This document shows, piece after piece, positions 30,288 through 41,415 of a stretch of DNA of 64,000 nt. Numbering within the stretch: the first letter of the stretch is position 1; each line of letters begins with the position of its first letter. Below the pieces are notes generated by a model. That model did no database searches. It saw only the letters and a program-made list of their open reading frames with translations, and was not told the DNA's origin. Location of the stretch: NCBI GenBank assembly GCA_013426785.1, contig JACDZI010000003.1:14361-78360 (forward strand). The letters run 5' to 3'. Source of the DNA: Rhodocyclaceae bacterium (lineage in GTDB: Bacteria; Pseudomonadota; Gammaproteobacteria; Burkholderiales; Rhodocyclaceae). Both the position numbers and the translations under genes were made by a program.

Positions 30288-32621
30288 TCAGCGCCGGATC
30301 TGGATCTCGTCGATGTAGCCGAGCATGCCGGTGCGGATGCTGGCCGCATTGCCCTCGTCGGTGTCGATGTGCATGGCCAGCCGGAAATTCGGGTTCACCC
30401 GCACCACCACATCGCCGAAGATCAGTTCGCGGTCGCCGTCGATGCGCACACGCACCACGTAGCGGTCGCGCAAACCACGGCGCATGGCGTCCTCGGGCGA
30501 CATGTGGATATGGCGCTGGGCACAGATCACCCCACGCGCCAGTTGCGACGTGCCGTAAGGGCCTTCAAGGGTGATGCCCGGCGTATTGGCCAGGTCGCCC
30601 GATTCGCGGATCGGCGGCTGGATGCCGAGCTTGAACTGCTCGGTCATGGCGATCTCGACCTGGGTTTCCTTGCGGGTCGGGCCGAGCACGCGCACGTTGG
30701 CGATCTTGCCCTTGGGGCCGACCAGATGCACCTTCTCGGCACAGGCGAACTGGCCCGGCTGCGACAGTTCATGCTCGGGTGTCAGCTGGTGGCCGGGGCC
30801 GAACAGCTTTTCGACATCCTCCTGCGCCAGATGGACGTGGTGGGCAGAAATCTCGATCGGGATCGGTTCTTCTTCGCCGGCTTCGTTGCGCGCGATCAGT
30901 GTCCGTTCCGTCGCGCGCAGGGCTTCCCAGGCCACCAGCCGTTCGTCGTTGCTGGCGATGACGATGATCTTCACCCGCGAGTCATCGCTGGAGATCACCG
31001 CATGCGAGGTCACCTGGTCGAGGTTGCGGTTCTTTTCCTCGTCGAGCTTGATGCCCATGTAGTCGAGGCCCTGGCAGGCCAGGCTGCGCACGGCGGCACT
31101 GGTCTCGCCGATGCGGCCGGTGAAAGCCAGCACGTCGATGCCGCCCATCGCCGCCACATAGGCGCCGATGGTCTTGCGGATGTGATAGCAGTAGGCGCGG
31201 TGCGCCAGCAGGGCACGATGATGGCCGTCTTCGGCAGCGGCCTCGATCTCGCGGATGTCGCCGGAGATGCCGGAAATGCCCTTCATGCCGCTGTCCGAGT
31301 TGATCAGCTTCGACATCTCGTCGGGGGTCATCTTGTAATGTTCCATCAGATGGATCATCACCGCCGGATCGAGGTTGCCGGCGCGACTGGACATGATCAG
31401 GCCTTCGGAGGGCGTCAGGCCCATCGAGGTATCGACCGAACGGCCGTGGTCGATGGCACACATCGACGAACCGATGCCAAGGTGGCAGGAAACGATTTCC
31501 AGTTCCGAGATCGGTCGCCGGGTAACCTCCGCCGATTTGAGCGACACATAGCGGTGCGAAGTGCCGTGGAAGCCGTAGCGGCGGATGCCATCCTTCTTGT
31601 AATAGTCGTATGGCAACCCATACATGTAGGCGTAGGTCGGCAGCGTCTGGTGGAAAGCGGTATCGAACACGGCAACGTGCGGCACGGTGGGAAAGAACTT
31701 CATCGCCACCCTGATGCCGTCAAGGTTCACCGGGTTGTGGTAGGGCGCGTACACCGCGAGTTGTTCGATGTCCTGCATCACCGCCGGGGTGATCAGGGCG
31801 GAGCTGTAGTATTTGTTGCCGCCATGCACGACACGGTGACCGACCACCACCACCTCCTGCGGCACCAGCACATAACGTCCGCCCAGTTTGCCGGTCTCGT
31901 CGAAAATGACGGAGATCAGATCAAGCAGATCGAAATGCGGCCGTGTCCGCTCGATGACTTCGCCGCCGGCGACCAGCCGCACATTGACATCGCCATTGTT
32001 CATGTGGTCGAAGATGCCATGCAGGTCGCGGCTTTCGTCCTCGGTGTCGTAGATGCCGAAACGCACCTGTGCATGGCCGACATTGAGCGCCAGGATGCGG
32101 CCCGGCGTTTCGCTCTTGAGGCGCAACGCATAGGGATCGGCGGCATTGGCGAGCGCCTGTGACTGGATATGACTGCAGTTGAGGTCGACCGCTTTCGCCG
32201 CATTGGCCTTCAGGCGCTCGGCCAGCAGGCGAGAGAGGAACATCACCGCCTTCGGATGGGTAACGATATCGCGGTTGAAGACGGCCTGCGGGATCATCAG
32301 AACGAACACGCGATTGCTGGCAATGATGTCGGTCAGGGTGCAATCGCCGGTAAGTAGGGACATCTCGCCGAAGACATCGCCGTCGTTGAGTTCGCTAATC
32401 ACAGTGCGCTCGCCATAAGCGCCCAGAACGGACACTTCGGCCCGGCCGGACAGCATCACGCCGAAGAATTCGCCTGGGTCGCCGCAGGCACGCAAGGCTT
32501 CCTTGCCTTCGAAGCTGCGCACCACGCTGTCGGCGACGATGCTGTCGATTTTGACGGCAGGAAACCCTTCAAACAGGCGTACTTTTTCGGTCAGGAACTG
32601 TTTGACTTCCAATGGCGTCAT
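30288..32621 (-). CDS. Tri-domain fusion: cyclic-nucleotide-binding domain + acetate/propionate kinase + PduL-type phosphate acyltransferase
   Basis: aa ~25-150 (numbered from the track-ORF start at 32666) are cNMP-binding (GDVFGEMSLLTG ...). aa ~190-590 are AckA (ILALNVGHAQVRF, GHRVVHGG, FDTAFHQT, RYGFHGTSH, SCHLGIGSS). The last ~190 aa are PduL (EISAHHVHL ... ICAQRHIHM ... AMHIDTDEGNAA). Start chosen at ATG 32621. Confidence 0.85.
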   Translation of the reverse strand: MTPLEVKQFLTEKVRLFEGFPAVKIDSIVADSVVRSFEGKEALRACGDPGEFFGVMLSGRAEVSVLGAYGERTVISELNDGDVFGEMSLLTGDCTLTDIIASNRVFVLMIPQAVFNRDIVTHPKAVMFLSRLLAERLKANAAKAVDLNCSHIQSQALANAADPYALRLKSETPGRILALNVGHAQVRFGIYDTEDESRDLHGIFDHMNNGDVNVRLVAGGEVIERTRPHFDLLDLISVIFDETGKLGGRYVLVPQEVVVVGHRVVHGGNKYYSSALITPAVMQDIEQLAVYAPYHNPVNLDGIRVAMKFFPTVPHVAVFDTAFHQTLPTYAYMYGLPYDYYKKDGIRRYGFHGTSHRYVSLKSAEVTRRPISELEIVSCHLGIGSSMCAIDHGRSVDTSMGLTPSEGLIMSSRAGNLDPAVMIHLMEHYKMTPDEMSKLINSDSGMKGISGISGDIREIEAAAEDGHHRALLAHRAYCYHIRKTIGAYVAAMGGIDVLAFTGRIGETSAAVRSLACQGLDYMGIKLDEEKNRNLDQVTSHAVISSDDSRVKIIVIASNDERLVAWEALRATERTLIARNEAGEEEPIPIEISAHHVHLAQEDVEKLFGPGHQLTPEHELSQPGQFACAEKVHLVGPKGKIANVRVLGPTRKETQVEIAMTEQFKLGIQPPIRESGDLANTPGITLEGPYGTSQLARGVICAQRHIHMSPEDAMRRGLRDRYVVRVRIDGDRELIFGDVVVRVNPNFRLAMHIDTDEGNAASIRTGMLGYIDEIQIRR

Positions 32622-32732
32622 GGCTGATCTCGCTTTACAGTATTTTCTGTTCAAAGTATGGCACAAGAATACGCATCATGCTGCAATGCAGCAGAGGGTT
32701 TTTGCCCGTTTTCTCCGTGTTAGCATCGGCCC

Positions 32733-33743
32733 ATGCGCCTGACCATTCATGCCCCCGGCCTCCTGCTGCCGAAAGCCGTTCTCGCCGATACCGTTTTCGA
32801 CCTGTCCGCACCGTCAATCTCGCTACTGCTGGGGCGCGGCCGGCGTTTCGACCTGCGTCGTGACTGGTTCGCCGCTGCGTTTGGACAGAGCGGAGCTTTG
32901 CCGGCGGCAGCTATTAGAAAAGTCGGCGCTGGCGAGACGGCAGCAGGCACGCCCTGGCTGTGTCTCGACCCGGTGCATCTCGAGGTGAAGCGCGAAGGTA
33001 TCCTGCTTGGCGATCGGGCCGAACTCGACCTGAACGAAACCGAAACCACCGCTCTCATCGCCGCCATGCAACCCTTGTGGGCCGACTGGGGCACGCTGTC
33101 AGCCTCCCGCCCCGCGCAATGGGAATTGCAGTTGTCGCGTTCCCTGTTGCTCGACACCCGTCCAGCGGATGATGCCATCGGCCTGCCGGTCGATCCGGCG
33201 CTGCCCGGCGGACCGGACGGAGCGGCATGGCGTCGTCTGCTGGTCGAAGCCCAGATGATCCTGCATGCCCATCCGGTCAACCGCGAGCGCGAAGCCCGCG
33301 GCCAGCCGATCATCAACAGCCTGTGGCCTTGGGGTTTTGGCAGCCTGTCAGATTCCAGCGAACCGAAGGCGACCGATTTCGAACTCGCGTGGAGCGATGA
33401 CGCGGTGCTGGCCGGCCTGTGCGCCCATGCCGGCATCCCATGTAGTTCTCCGCCGATCTCATTTCAGTTGCCATCTCGCAATGTGTTCTGTCAGGTCAAT
33501 CATCTATTGAAACCTGCCCGTAGCAAGGATGCCATTGGTTGGCGCCAGGCGCTGCTGACCATCGAGCAGGATTGGCTGGTTCCCGCACTGACCGCCTTGA
33601 AGCGCGGCGAATGCAAGTCGGTACGCCTCATCGGCACGGGAGTGCATGGTGCCGAGCGGGCGGTAGTGTACTCGCTGGTACGCCAAAACTTCTGGCGCTT
33701 CTGGTGCCGCCCTGCCCCGCTCGTCGAACTGGCCACCGTTTGA
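32733..33743 (+). CDS. Conserved hypothetical protein (possibly RpfE-type, recJ-linked)
   Basis: 336 aa ORF with coding-like composition immediately upstream of recJ. The RpfE assignment comes only from remembered synteny in Xanthomonas and other proteobacteria. Confidence 0.45.
   Translation: MRLTIHAPGLLLPKAVLADTVFDLSAPSISLLLGRGRRFDLRRDWFAAAFGQSGALPAAAIRKVGAGETAAGTPWLCLDPVHLEVKREGILLGDRAELDLNETETTALIAAMQPLWADWGTLSASRPAQWELQLSRSLLLDTRPADDAIGLPVDPALPGGPDGAAWRRLLVEAQMILHAHPVNREREARGQPIINSLWPWGFGSLSDSSEPKATDFELAWSDDAVLAGLCAHAGIPCSSPPISFQLPSRNVFCQVNHLLKPARSKDAIGWRQALLTIEQDWLVPALTALKRGECKSVRLIGTGVHGAERAVVYSLVRQNFWRFWCRPAPLVELATV
32918..32938 (-). repeat. Motif copy 14
   Basis: Plus strand aaaagtcggcgctggcgagac, 1 mismatch. 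Inside the RpfE-like hypothetical gene, antisense, read as KVGAGET. Confidence 0.9.
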
Positions 33744-33750
33744 CTTCACG

Positions 33751-35457
33751 ATGACGCGCATTGCGGTCCGCGCCGTGCCACAACCGGAAATGCTGATGCT
33801 GGAGCAGGCCGGTATCCACCCGCTGCTGGCTCGCCTCTATGCCGCCCGCGGCATCAAGCAGGCGGAAGAACTCGATACCCAGCTCAGGTCGCTGTTGCCG
33901 CCCGAAACGATGAAAGGTCTGGATCAGGCCGGCGAACTGCTGGCCGATGCCATCACGACTGACCGCAAGATTCTCATCGTCGCCGACTACGACTGCGATG
34001 GCGCCACCGCCTGTGCCGTCGGACTGCGCGCCTTGCGTTCCCTCGGCGCCGTCCGGGTGGACTATCTCGTACCCAACCGTTTCGAAACCGGCTATGGACT
34101 GTCACCCGAGGTCGCGCAGTTGGCCGCGCAGCATCCCCGCCTCGGACGTCCGGACCTGCTGGTAACGGTCGATAACGGCATCGCCAGCGTGACCGGGGTG
34201 GCCGAAGCGCGCAGACTGGGCATGACGGTGATCGTTACCGACCACCACCTGCCGGGTGACGGGTTGCCTGCTGCCGAAGCCATCGTCAATCCCAACCAGC
34301 CCGGCTGCCGCTTTCCCAGCAAGCACATCGCCGGCGTCGGCGTGATGTTCTACGTGATGCTCGCGACCCGCGCAGAACTGCGCAAACGTGGCGCATTCGC
34401 CGGCGGCAACGGCCCCAATCTCGCCACCCTGCTCGACCTGGTCGCCCTCGGTACGGTTGCCGATGTGGTCAGGCTCGACGGCAACAACCGCGTCCTCGTC
34501 ACCCAGGGCCTGGCACGCATTCGCGAACGCCGCAGCGTACCCGGCATCGCGGCGCTCTTGCAGATTGCCGGACGCGAAGCCGCCCGTGCCGGCACCTTCG
34601 ATCTCGGCTTCGCCGTCGGCCCGCGGCTGAATGCCGCCGGACGGCTGGCCGACATGAGCCTGGGCATCGAGTGCCTGATCACTGATGACATGGGCCGCGC
34701 CCTCAATCTTGCCCAGCAACTGGAAAACATCAATCTGGAACGGCGCAGCATCGAGGCCGGCATGCTCGACGAGGCCGCCCTGCACCTGGAAGACATCGAT
34801 GCCGCCGACCGTGCCAGCCTGACGCTGTTCGATCCCGGCTGGCATCAGGGCGTCATCGGTATCCTGGCCGGCCGCATCAAAGACCGGCTGCATCGCCCCA
34901 CTTTCGTCTTCGCGCGTGGCGAGAATGGTGAGTTGAAAGGCTCTGGCCGCTCCATCGCCGGCCTGCACCTGCGCGATGCGCTCGATCTCGTCGCCAAACG
35001 GCATCCGGAAATGATCAAGCGCTTTGGCGGCCATGCCGCAGCAGCGGGCCTGACGCTGATGGAAACCGACCTGCCGGTGTTCGAAGCCGCATTCGAACAG
35101 ATTGCCCGAGCCCTGCTCACGCCGGCGGCACTGACCCGCACCATCGAGACCGACGGTCCGCTCGAAGCCGGCTATTACGGCCTGGCCGCGGCCCGTCTGC
35201 TACAGGAAGCGATCTGGGGCCAGGGTTTTCCTGCACCGCTGTTTTCCGATCGCTTCGAAGTACTCCAGCAACGACTGCTGAAAGACAAGCACCTGAAACT
35301 GACGCTAAAGAAAGGCAAGGCGCGGCTGGAAGCCATCCGTTTCAATCACACCGAGAATGCGCCGGAACACATCCATGCGGCGTTCCGCGTCGACATCAAT
35401 ACCTGGCAGGGGGAATCCCGCGTACAGCTGCTACTGGAAGACTTCGAACCCGCCTGA
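33751..35457 (+). CDS. recJ: Single-stranded-DNA-specific exonuclease RecJ
   Basis: 568 aa: DHH motifs (ILIVADYDCDGATA, TVDNGI, IVTDHH), DHHA1 (GGHAAAAG). Confidence 0.93.
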   Translation: MTRIAVRAVPQPEMLMLEQAGIHPLLARLYAARGIKQAEELDTQLRSLLPPETMKGLDQAGELLADAITTDRKILIVADYDCDGATACAVGLRALRSLGAVRVDYLVPNRFETGYGLSPEVAQLAAQHPRLGRPDLLVTVDNGIASVTGVAEARRLGMTVIVTDHHLPGDGLPAAEAIVNPNQPGCRFPSKHIAGVGVMFYVMLATRAELRKRGAFAGGNGPNLATLLDLVALGTVADVVRLDGNNRVLVTQGLARIRERRSVPGIAALLQIAGREAARAGTFDLGFAVGPRLNAAGRLADMSLGIECLITDDMGRALNLAQQLENINLERRSIEAGMLDEAALHLEDIDAADRASLTLFDPGWHQGVIGILAGRIKDRLHRPTFVFARGENGELKGSGRSIAGLHLRDALDLVAKRHPEMIKRFGGHAAAAGLTLMETDLPVFEAAFEQIARALLTPAALTRTIETDGPLEAGYYGLAAARLLQEAIWGQGFPAPLFSDRFEVLQQRLLKDKHLKLTLKKGKARLEAIRFNHTENAPEHIHAAFRVDINTWQGESRVQLLLEDFEPA

Positions 35458-35462
35458 ACTGA

Positions 35463-36959
35463 TTACAGGGAACGCAACAATGCGTAGGTGCACAGCGACA
35501 TCAGCGCATCCGGGAAGATACCGAACAGGGCCACCGCAGCCCCGTTAAGCGACAACAGGAAGCGCATGTCCGGGCTGGCAACGATCGGCGCGGCATCCAC
35601 GGGCGCATCGAAATACATCAACTTGACGACGCGCAAATAGTAGAACGCGCCAATCAGCGAGAACATCACCGCAAAGACCGCCACGGCAATATGGCCGGCA
35701 TCCACGGCGGCCAGCAGTACCGAGAACTTGGCGAAGAAACCGACGAAGAAGGGCACGCCGGCCATCGAGAACATGATCGCCAGCATCACGGCGGCGAACC
35801 ACGGGCTGCGCTGGTTCAGACCCTTGAAGTCTTCAAGGTGTTCGGCGTCGTAACCTGCTCGCGACAACAACAGGATCACGCCAAACGCACCGGCCGACAT
35901 CAGCACATAGGCGACGGAGTAATACATCGCCGAGCTGTAGGCATTCAGGGCGAAGTGACGGTCGGCACCAACCGTGCCGCTCATCAGCCCCAGCAGCATG
36001 AAACCCATGTGGGAGATGGTCGAATAGGCCAGCATGCGCTTGATATTGGTCTGGGCAATGGCCGCCAGGTTGCCGAGGGCGATCGACAATACGGCGAGGA
36101 TCAGCAGCATCTGCTGCCAGTGCTCGGCCAGTTCGAACAGGCCATAGACCAGCATGCGCAGGGCCATGGCGAAGGCCGCCAGCTTGGGGGCGGAAGCGAT
36201 CAACAGGGTAATCGGCGTCGGCGCACCCTGATAGACGTCCGGCACCCACATGTGGAAGGGCACCGCACCGAGCTTGAAGGCGATGCCGGAAACAATGAAG
36301 ACCAGGCCGAACACCAGCACGGTCTTGTTGGCCACGCCCAGATGCAAAGCCTGGGCGACGCCACCGATTTCGAGGGTGCCGGTGGCGCCATAGACCATCG
36401 ACATGCCGTAGAGCAGCAGGCCGGAAGCCAGCGCACCTAGGATGAAGTACTTCATCGCCGCCTCGGTCGCTTTCGGGGAATCGCGGTCGAGAGCCACCAG
36501 GGCATAGAGCGACAGCGACATCAGTTCCAGGCCGAGATAGATGCTGAGGAAATGCGCGGCGGAGATCATCACCATCATGCCGAGCGTGGCGAACAGCACC
36601 AGCAGGTAGTACTCGCCCTTGTCGAGCTGGCGCGCGGCCAGCCAGTCGCGACTGTAGATCACCACGACGATCATGCTCAGATAGAGCATCAGCTTGAGGA
36701 AATCGGCCAGCAGGTCGTCGACGAACATGTTGCTGAAGGTCAGCACTACCTGCCCGTCCATGGTCAGATAGGTGATCAGCGCGCAGCCGATCAGGGTGAG
36801 CAGTGTCAGGAAGGACGTAATCCAGCGCTTGCCATTACCGATGAAGGCATCCACCAGAAGGATGACGCAGGCCATCGTCAACAGGAAGATTTCCGGGATG
36901 ACCGGAAAAAGATCAGGCGTCACGAAATTATTGAGCATGTTCATTCCGGCGCCATTCAC
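35463..36959 (-). CDS. nuoN: NADH-quinone oxidoreductase subunit N
   Basis: Polytopic antiporter-like subunit, last gene of the nuo operon. Start ambiguous (GTG 36959, ATG 36944 or ATG 36938). Confidence 0.9.
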   Translation of the reverse strand: MNGAGMNMLNNFVTPDLFPVIPEIFLLTMACVILLVDAFIGNGKRWITSFLTLLTLIGCALITYLTMDGQVVLTFSNMFVDDLLADFLKLMLYLSMIVVVIYSRDWLAARQLDKGEYYLLVLFATLGMMVMISAAHFLSIYLGLELMSLSLYALVALDRDSPKATEAAMKYFILGALASGLLLYGMSMVYGATGTLEIGGVAQALHLGVANKTVLVFGLVFIVSGIAFKLGAVPFHMWVPDVYQGAPTPITLLIASAPKLAAFAMALRMLVYGLFELAEHWQQMLLILAVLSIALGNLAAIAQTNIKRMLAYSTISHMGFMLLGLMSGTVGADRHFALNAYSSAMYYSVAYVLMSAGAFGVILLLSRAGYDAEHLEDFKGLNQRSPWFAAVMLAIMFSMAGVPFFVGFFAKFSVLLAAVDAGHIAVAVFAVMFSLIGAFYYLRVVKLMYFDAPVDAAPIVASPDMRFLLSLNGAAVALFGIFPDALMSLCTYALLRSL

Positions 36960-38428
36960 AGTTTGCTCACCGCGACGTGCTTGAGCAGGTTATCGACCGA
37001 GGCATGCATGACGTCGGTGAAAGGATACGGATAGACACCCATGGCCAGCACGCACAGCGCCAGCAGGCCGAGGACGACGAATTCGCGGCCATTGATGTCG
37101 GTCAGTTCGGCGACATGGGGATTCGCGACCACACCATAAACCACGCGCTTGATCATCCACAGGGTATAGGCGGCGCCGAGAACCAGGGTCGTGGCGGCCA
37201 GGAAGCCGATCCAGAAGTTGAACTTGATGGCCCCCAGCGCAACCATGAACTCGCCGACGAAACCCGAGGTGGCCGGCAGTCCTGAGTTGGCCATGGCGAA
37301 CAGTACGAAGAAGCCGGCGAACTTGGGCATGTTGTTGACCACACCGCCGTAGTCGGCGATCTGGCGCGAGTGCATGCGGTCGTACATGACGCCGACGCAC
37401 AGAAACATCGCGGCGGAAACGAAGCCGTGCGAGATCATCTGCACCAGCGCACCCTCGACGCCGAGCTGGTTGAAGATGAAAAAGCCGAGGGTGACGAAAC
37501 CCATGTGCGAGATCGACGAATAGGCAATCAGCTTCTTCATGTCGGCCTGTACCAGCGCGACAAAACCAATATAGATCACCGCGATCAGCGACAGCGCGAT
37601 CATCATCGGCGCCAGGGTGTGACTTGCATCGGGCGCGATCGGCAACGAGAACCGCAGGAAGCCGTACGCACCGAGTTTAAGCATGATGGCGGCCAGCACC
37701 ACCGAGCCGCCCGTGGGTGCCTCGACGTGGGCATCCGGCAGCCAGGTATGCACCGGCCACATCGGCACCTTGACGGCAAAGGCCACCAGGAAGGCAATGA
37801 ACAGCAGGATCTGCGGCGCCAGTTCGAGCTTCAGTTGGTGCCAGTCGAGGAGATTGAAGCTGCCGCCCGAAGCAAGGAACAGATAGATCAGCGCGATCAG
37901 CATCAACAACGAGCCGAGCAGCGTATAGAGGAAGAACTTGAAGGCCGCATAGACGCGGTTCGGCCCGCCCCAGACGCCGATGATGATGTACATCGGGATC
38001 AGCGAGGCCTCGAAAAAGACATAGAACAGCACCGCATCCAGCGCGCAGAAGATTCCGTTCATCAGGCCCGACATGATCAGGAAGGCGCCCATGTACTGAG
38101 CCACCTTGTCCTCGATCACTTCCCAGCCGGCGATCACGACGATGATGGTAATAAAGCTGTTGAGCAGGATGAACAGCATCGAAATGCCATCTACGCCCAG
38201 GAAATAATCGATGTTGAAACGCGGTATCCAGGCCCGCTGTTCGACGAACTGCATGCCGGCCTGACTGACATCGAAACCCAGATAGAGCGGGAGGGTCACG
38301 GCAAAGCCGATCAGCGCAACGGCCAGCGCCATCATGCGTGCAAGCTTGCGGTCGTTACCCGTGGCAAACACCGCGAAGGCGCCGAGGATGGGAATCCAGA
38401 TCGTCAGGCTGAGGAGGAAGGAAGTCAT
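36956..38428 (-). CDS. nuoM: NADH-quinone oxidoreductase subunit M
   Basis: 490 aa antiporter-like subunit ([18 protein letters not shown]), positioned between nuoL and nuoN. Confidence 0.93.
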   Translation of the reverse strand: MTSFLLSLTIWIPILGAFAVFATGNDRKLARMMALAVALIGFAVTLPLYLGFDVSQAGMQFVEQRAWIPRFNIDYFLGVDGISMLFILLNSFITIIVVIAGWEVIEDKVAQYMGAFLIMSGLMNGIFCALDAVLFYVFFEASLIPMYIIIGVWGGPNRVYAAFKFFLYTLLGSLLMLIALIYLFLASGGSFNLLDWHQLKLELAPQILLFIAFLVAFAVKVPMWPVHTWLPDAHVEAPTGGSVVLAAIMLKLGAYGFLRFSLPIAPDASHTLAPMMIALSLIAVIYIGFVALVQADMKKLIAYSSISHMGFVTLGFFIFNQLGVEGALVQMISHGFVSAAMFLCVGVMYDRMHSRQIADYGGVVNNMPKFAGFFVLFAMANSGLPATSGFVGEFMVALGAIKFNFWIGFLAATTLVLGAAYTLWMIKRVVYGVVANPHVAELTDINGREFVVLGLLALCVLAMGVYPYPFTDVMHASVDNLLKHVAVSKL

Positions 38429-38441
38429 TGCAACATACCCG

Positions 38442-40469
38442 TCAGGCCCGGTTCATCCACAGCGTCAACAGCACGAAGACGCCGATGATCATGGAAAACG
38501 CATATTGGTAGAGGTGACCGGTCTGGATCAGGCGCACCATGCCGGCAAACCAGCCGACCAGCCTGGCCGAGCCATTCACCGCGATACCATCGATGATAGT
38601 CTGGTCGCCGAACTTCCACAGGCCGCGACCGAGGCCACGCGCGCCACCGGCGAAGAACCAGTCGTTAAACTGGTCGAGACCGTACTTGTTCTCGAGAATT
38701 TTTACCGGCAGGGCCAGCTTTTCCCGAATAACGGCCGGCAGGTCGGGGCGCACAATATAGAGAAACCAGGCCGTCGCCGCACCGGAAATGGCCAGCCAGA
38801 ACGGCAAGGTCGTCACGCCATGCGCCATCATGCCGATCACACCGTGGAACTCGTGAGCCATCTCGGCAAGAGCTTCGTGCCGCTCGGCAATGAAGATGGC
38901 GTCGCCGAACCAGTTGCCGTAGAGGAAGCTGCCAATGAACCAGCCGGAAGCGATGGCCGGGATCGATAGCAGGATCAAGGGCACGGTGACGACCAGAGGC
39001 GACTCGTGGGGTTCATGGGTACCGTGGTGGCCGTGGTCATGATTGTCATGCCCGTGATTATCATGATTAGCGTGATGCGCCTCGCGGAAGCGTTCCTTGC
39101 CGTGGAAGGCGAAGAAGACCAGGCGGAAGGAATACAAGCCGCCGACGAAGACCGCCGCCAGCGCACAGATATAGGCGAAGCCGGCACCCGGCACCCGGGC
39201 CAGATGCACCGCCTCGATGATCGAGTCTTTCGAGAAAAATCCGGCGAAGGGCGGCAGGCCGGCGTTGGCGATGGCGCCAATCAATACCGTCAGGTAGGTG
39301 ATCGGCATGTACTTGCGCAGGCCGCCCATCTTGCGCATGTCCTGCTCGTGGTGCATGGCAATTATTACCGAGCCGGCACCGAGGAACAACACCGCCTTGA
39401 AGAAGGCATGCGTCATCAGGTGAAAGATTGCCACCGAGTAGGCCGAAGCACCCAGCGCAATGGTCATGTAGCCCAATTGCGACAGGGTCGAGTAGGCGAC
39501 CACACGTTTGATGTCGGTCTGCACAATGGCGATCAGCGCCATGAACAGCGTGGTGATGGCACCGATGACGATGACGAAGGACAAGGCTGTGTCCGAAAGT
39601 TCGAACAGCGGCGACATCCGCGACACCATGAAGATACCGGCCGTCACCATGGTGGCGGCGTGGATCAGCGCGGAAATCGGCGTCGGGCCTTCCATCGAGT
39701 CGGGCAGCCAGACGTGCAGCGGGAATTGCGCCGACTTGCCCATGGCACCGATGAACAGGCCGATGCAGATCGCCGTGATCAGCGGCCAGCCGGTAGTCGC
39801 CTCGGTCATCGTGGCGAGTTCTTTCGCCTTGCCGAACACGGTCATATAGTCGAGGCTGCCGGCATAGGTAGCCACCAAGCCAATGCCTAGAAGAAATCCA
39901 AAATCTCCGACACGGTTAACCAAAAATGCCTTGAGGTTGGCGTAGATCGCCGTAGGCCGCGTCGACCAGAAACCGATAAGCAGGTAAGACACCAGGCCCA
40001 CCGCTTCCCAGCCGAAAAACAACTGGACGAAGTTGTTGCTCATCACCAGCATCAGCATCGAGAAGGTGAACAGCGAGATATAGCTGAAAAAACGCTGGTA
40101 GCTATGGGTGCCGGCACGGCTGCCGGCCGGCCAGTTTTCCTCGTCGTGCGCCATGTAGCCGATAGTGTAGATGTGCACCATCAGCGAAACAAAGTTCACC
40201 ACGATCATCATCACAGCGGTGAGGGGGTCAATCAGGAAACCGATCTTGAACGACAGGCCACCGGAAACAAGCCAGGTGTACAGATCACCATTGAAGGTCT
40301 GACCATCCTTCACCTCGAAGAAGACCATGATCGAGGCGACGAGGGAAACCGCCACCCCCAGAATGGTGACGGTATGGGCACTGGCGCGGCCAATGGCCTT
40401 GCTGAACAATCCGGCGATGATCGCCCCCAGCAGCGGCGCGAACGGGATGACGAGATAGAGCAGTTTCAT
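38442..40469 (-). CDS. nuoL: NADH-quinone oxidoreductase subunit L
   Basis: 675 aa (FFGWEAVGLVSYLLIGFW, HVWLPDSMEGPTPISALIHAATMVTAG). Confidence 0.95.
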   Translation of the reverse strand: MKLLYLVIPFAPLLGAIIAGLFSKAIGRASAHTVTILGVAVSLVASIMVFFEVKDGQTFNGDLYTWLVSGGLSFKIGFLIDPLTAVMMIVVNFVSLMVHIYTIGYMAHDEENWPAGSRAGTHSYQRFFSYISLFTFSMLMLVMSNNFVQLFFGWEAVGLVSYLLIGFWSTRPTAIYANLKAFLVNRVGDFGFLLGIGLVATYAGSLDYMTVFGKAKELATMTEATTGWPLITAICIGLFIGAMGKSAQFPLHVWLPDSMEGPTPISALIHAATMVTAGIFMVSRMSPLFELSDTALSFVIVIGAITTLFMALIAIVQTDIKRVVAYSTLSQLGYMTIALGASAYSVAIFHLMTHAFFKAVLFLGAGSVIIAMHHEQDMRKMGGLRKYMPITYLTVLIGAIANAGLPPFAGFFSKDSIIEAVHLARVPGAGFAYICALAAVFVGGLYSFRLVFFAFHGKERFREAHHANHDNHGHDNHDHGHHGTHEPHESPLVVTVPLILLSIPAIASGWFIGSFLYGNWFGDAIFIAERHEALAEMAHEFHGVIGMMAHGVTTLPFWLAISGAATAWFLYIVRPDLPAVIREKLALPVKILENKYGLDQFNDWFFAGGARGLGRGLWKFGDQTIIDGIAVNGSARLVGWFAGMVRLIQTGHLYQYAFSMIIGVFVLLTLWMNRA

Positions 40470-40474
40470 TTTGC

Positions 40475-40786
40475 CTATCCCTTCAACTGGTTGAGATCGT
40501 CGACATGCGTGGTAGACATATTGCGGAACAGCACCACGAGGATGGCCAGGCCGATGCCCGACTCGGCCGCTGCGACCGTAAGGATGAAAAAGACGACAAT
40601 CTGGCCGGCGGCATCATTGAGATAGTGCGAGAAAGCGACGAAGTTCAGGTTAACCGCCAGCAGCATCAGTTCGATGGCCATCAGCAGCACGATCAGGTTC
40701 TTGCGGTTGAGGAAGATGCCGACGATGCTGATGGCGAACAGGATCGCCGACAGGATCAGGTAGTGGGAAAGCGAGAGTGTCATCAT
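40475..40786 (-). CDS. nuoK: NADH-quinone oxidoreductase subunit K
   Basis: 103 aa, three TM segments, [16 protein letters not shown] motif. Confidence 0.93.
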   Translation of the reverse strand: MMTLSLSHYLILSAILFAISIVGIFLNRKNLIVLLMAIELMLLAVNLNFVAFSHYLNDAAGQIVVFFILTVAAAESGIGLAILVVLFRNMSTTHVDDLNQLKG

Positions 40787-41415
40787 GACGATTGCTCCCC
40801 CTGCCCCGCCGATGGCTCTTTATTGCTGGGCATCTTCACCAGCCGCACCCGGTCGTTGCGCTTGACAGCCAACTGCTCCAGCGGATACTGGTACTTGCTG
40901 TCTTTGCGCTGGCGCAGGGTCAGCATGATGGCGGCGATGATGCCGACCAGCAGGATCACCGATGCAAGTTCGAAGGGATAAACATATTCGGTGAACAACA
41001 GGTGCCCGAGTTCCTTGGTATTGCTGTAGCCGGCCGGCATGCTTTGCCCTGGCAGCACCTCGGTGCTAAAATATTTGCCGCTGAGAACGAGTGCCATCTC
41101 GGCCACCATCAGGAGACCGATCATCGCACCGAGCGGCAGATAGCTCCAGAAACGGTGCCGCAGGCGTTCGATATCGATGTCGAGCATCATCACGACGAAC
41201 AGGAACAGCACCATCACCGCCCCGACATACACCATGATCAGCACGATGGCGAGGAACTCCGCCTCCAGCAGCATCCACAAGCCGGCCGCCGTAAAGAAGG
41301 ACAAGACGAGGAACAGCACCGCATGCACGGGGTTCCGCGCCGTGATGACGCGCATAGCCGCAACCAGCATGATCGCCGATAGCACGTAGAAGACGAAGGT
41401 CTTGAATTCCATCAT
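40783..41415 (-). CDS. nuoJ: NADH-quinone oxidoreductase subunit J
   Basis: [38 protein letters not shown] ... ATG at 41415 overlaps the nuoI stop. The longer track ORF start is upstream inside nuoI. Confidence 0.9.
   Translation of the reverse strand: MMEFKTFVFYVLSAIMLVAAMRVITARNPVHAVLFLVLSFFTAAGLWMLLEAEFLAIVLIMVYVGAVMVLFLFVVMMLDIDIERLRHRFWSYLPLGAMIGLLMVAEMALVLSGKYFSTEVLPGQSMPAGYSNTKELGHLLFTEYVYPFELASVILLVGIIAAIMLTLRQRKDSKYQYPLEQLAVKRNDRVRLVKMPSNKEPSAGQGEQSS

Noticed and set aside
39000-39085. His-rich tract in NuoL (HHANHDNHGHDNHDHGHHGTHEPH).
   Set aside because: As far as I recall, similar His/Asp-rich loops occur at this position in NuoL of other beta-proteobacteria. It is probably a lineage feature rather than a novelty.
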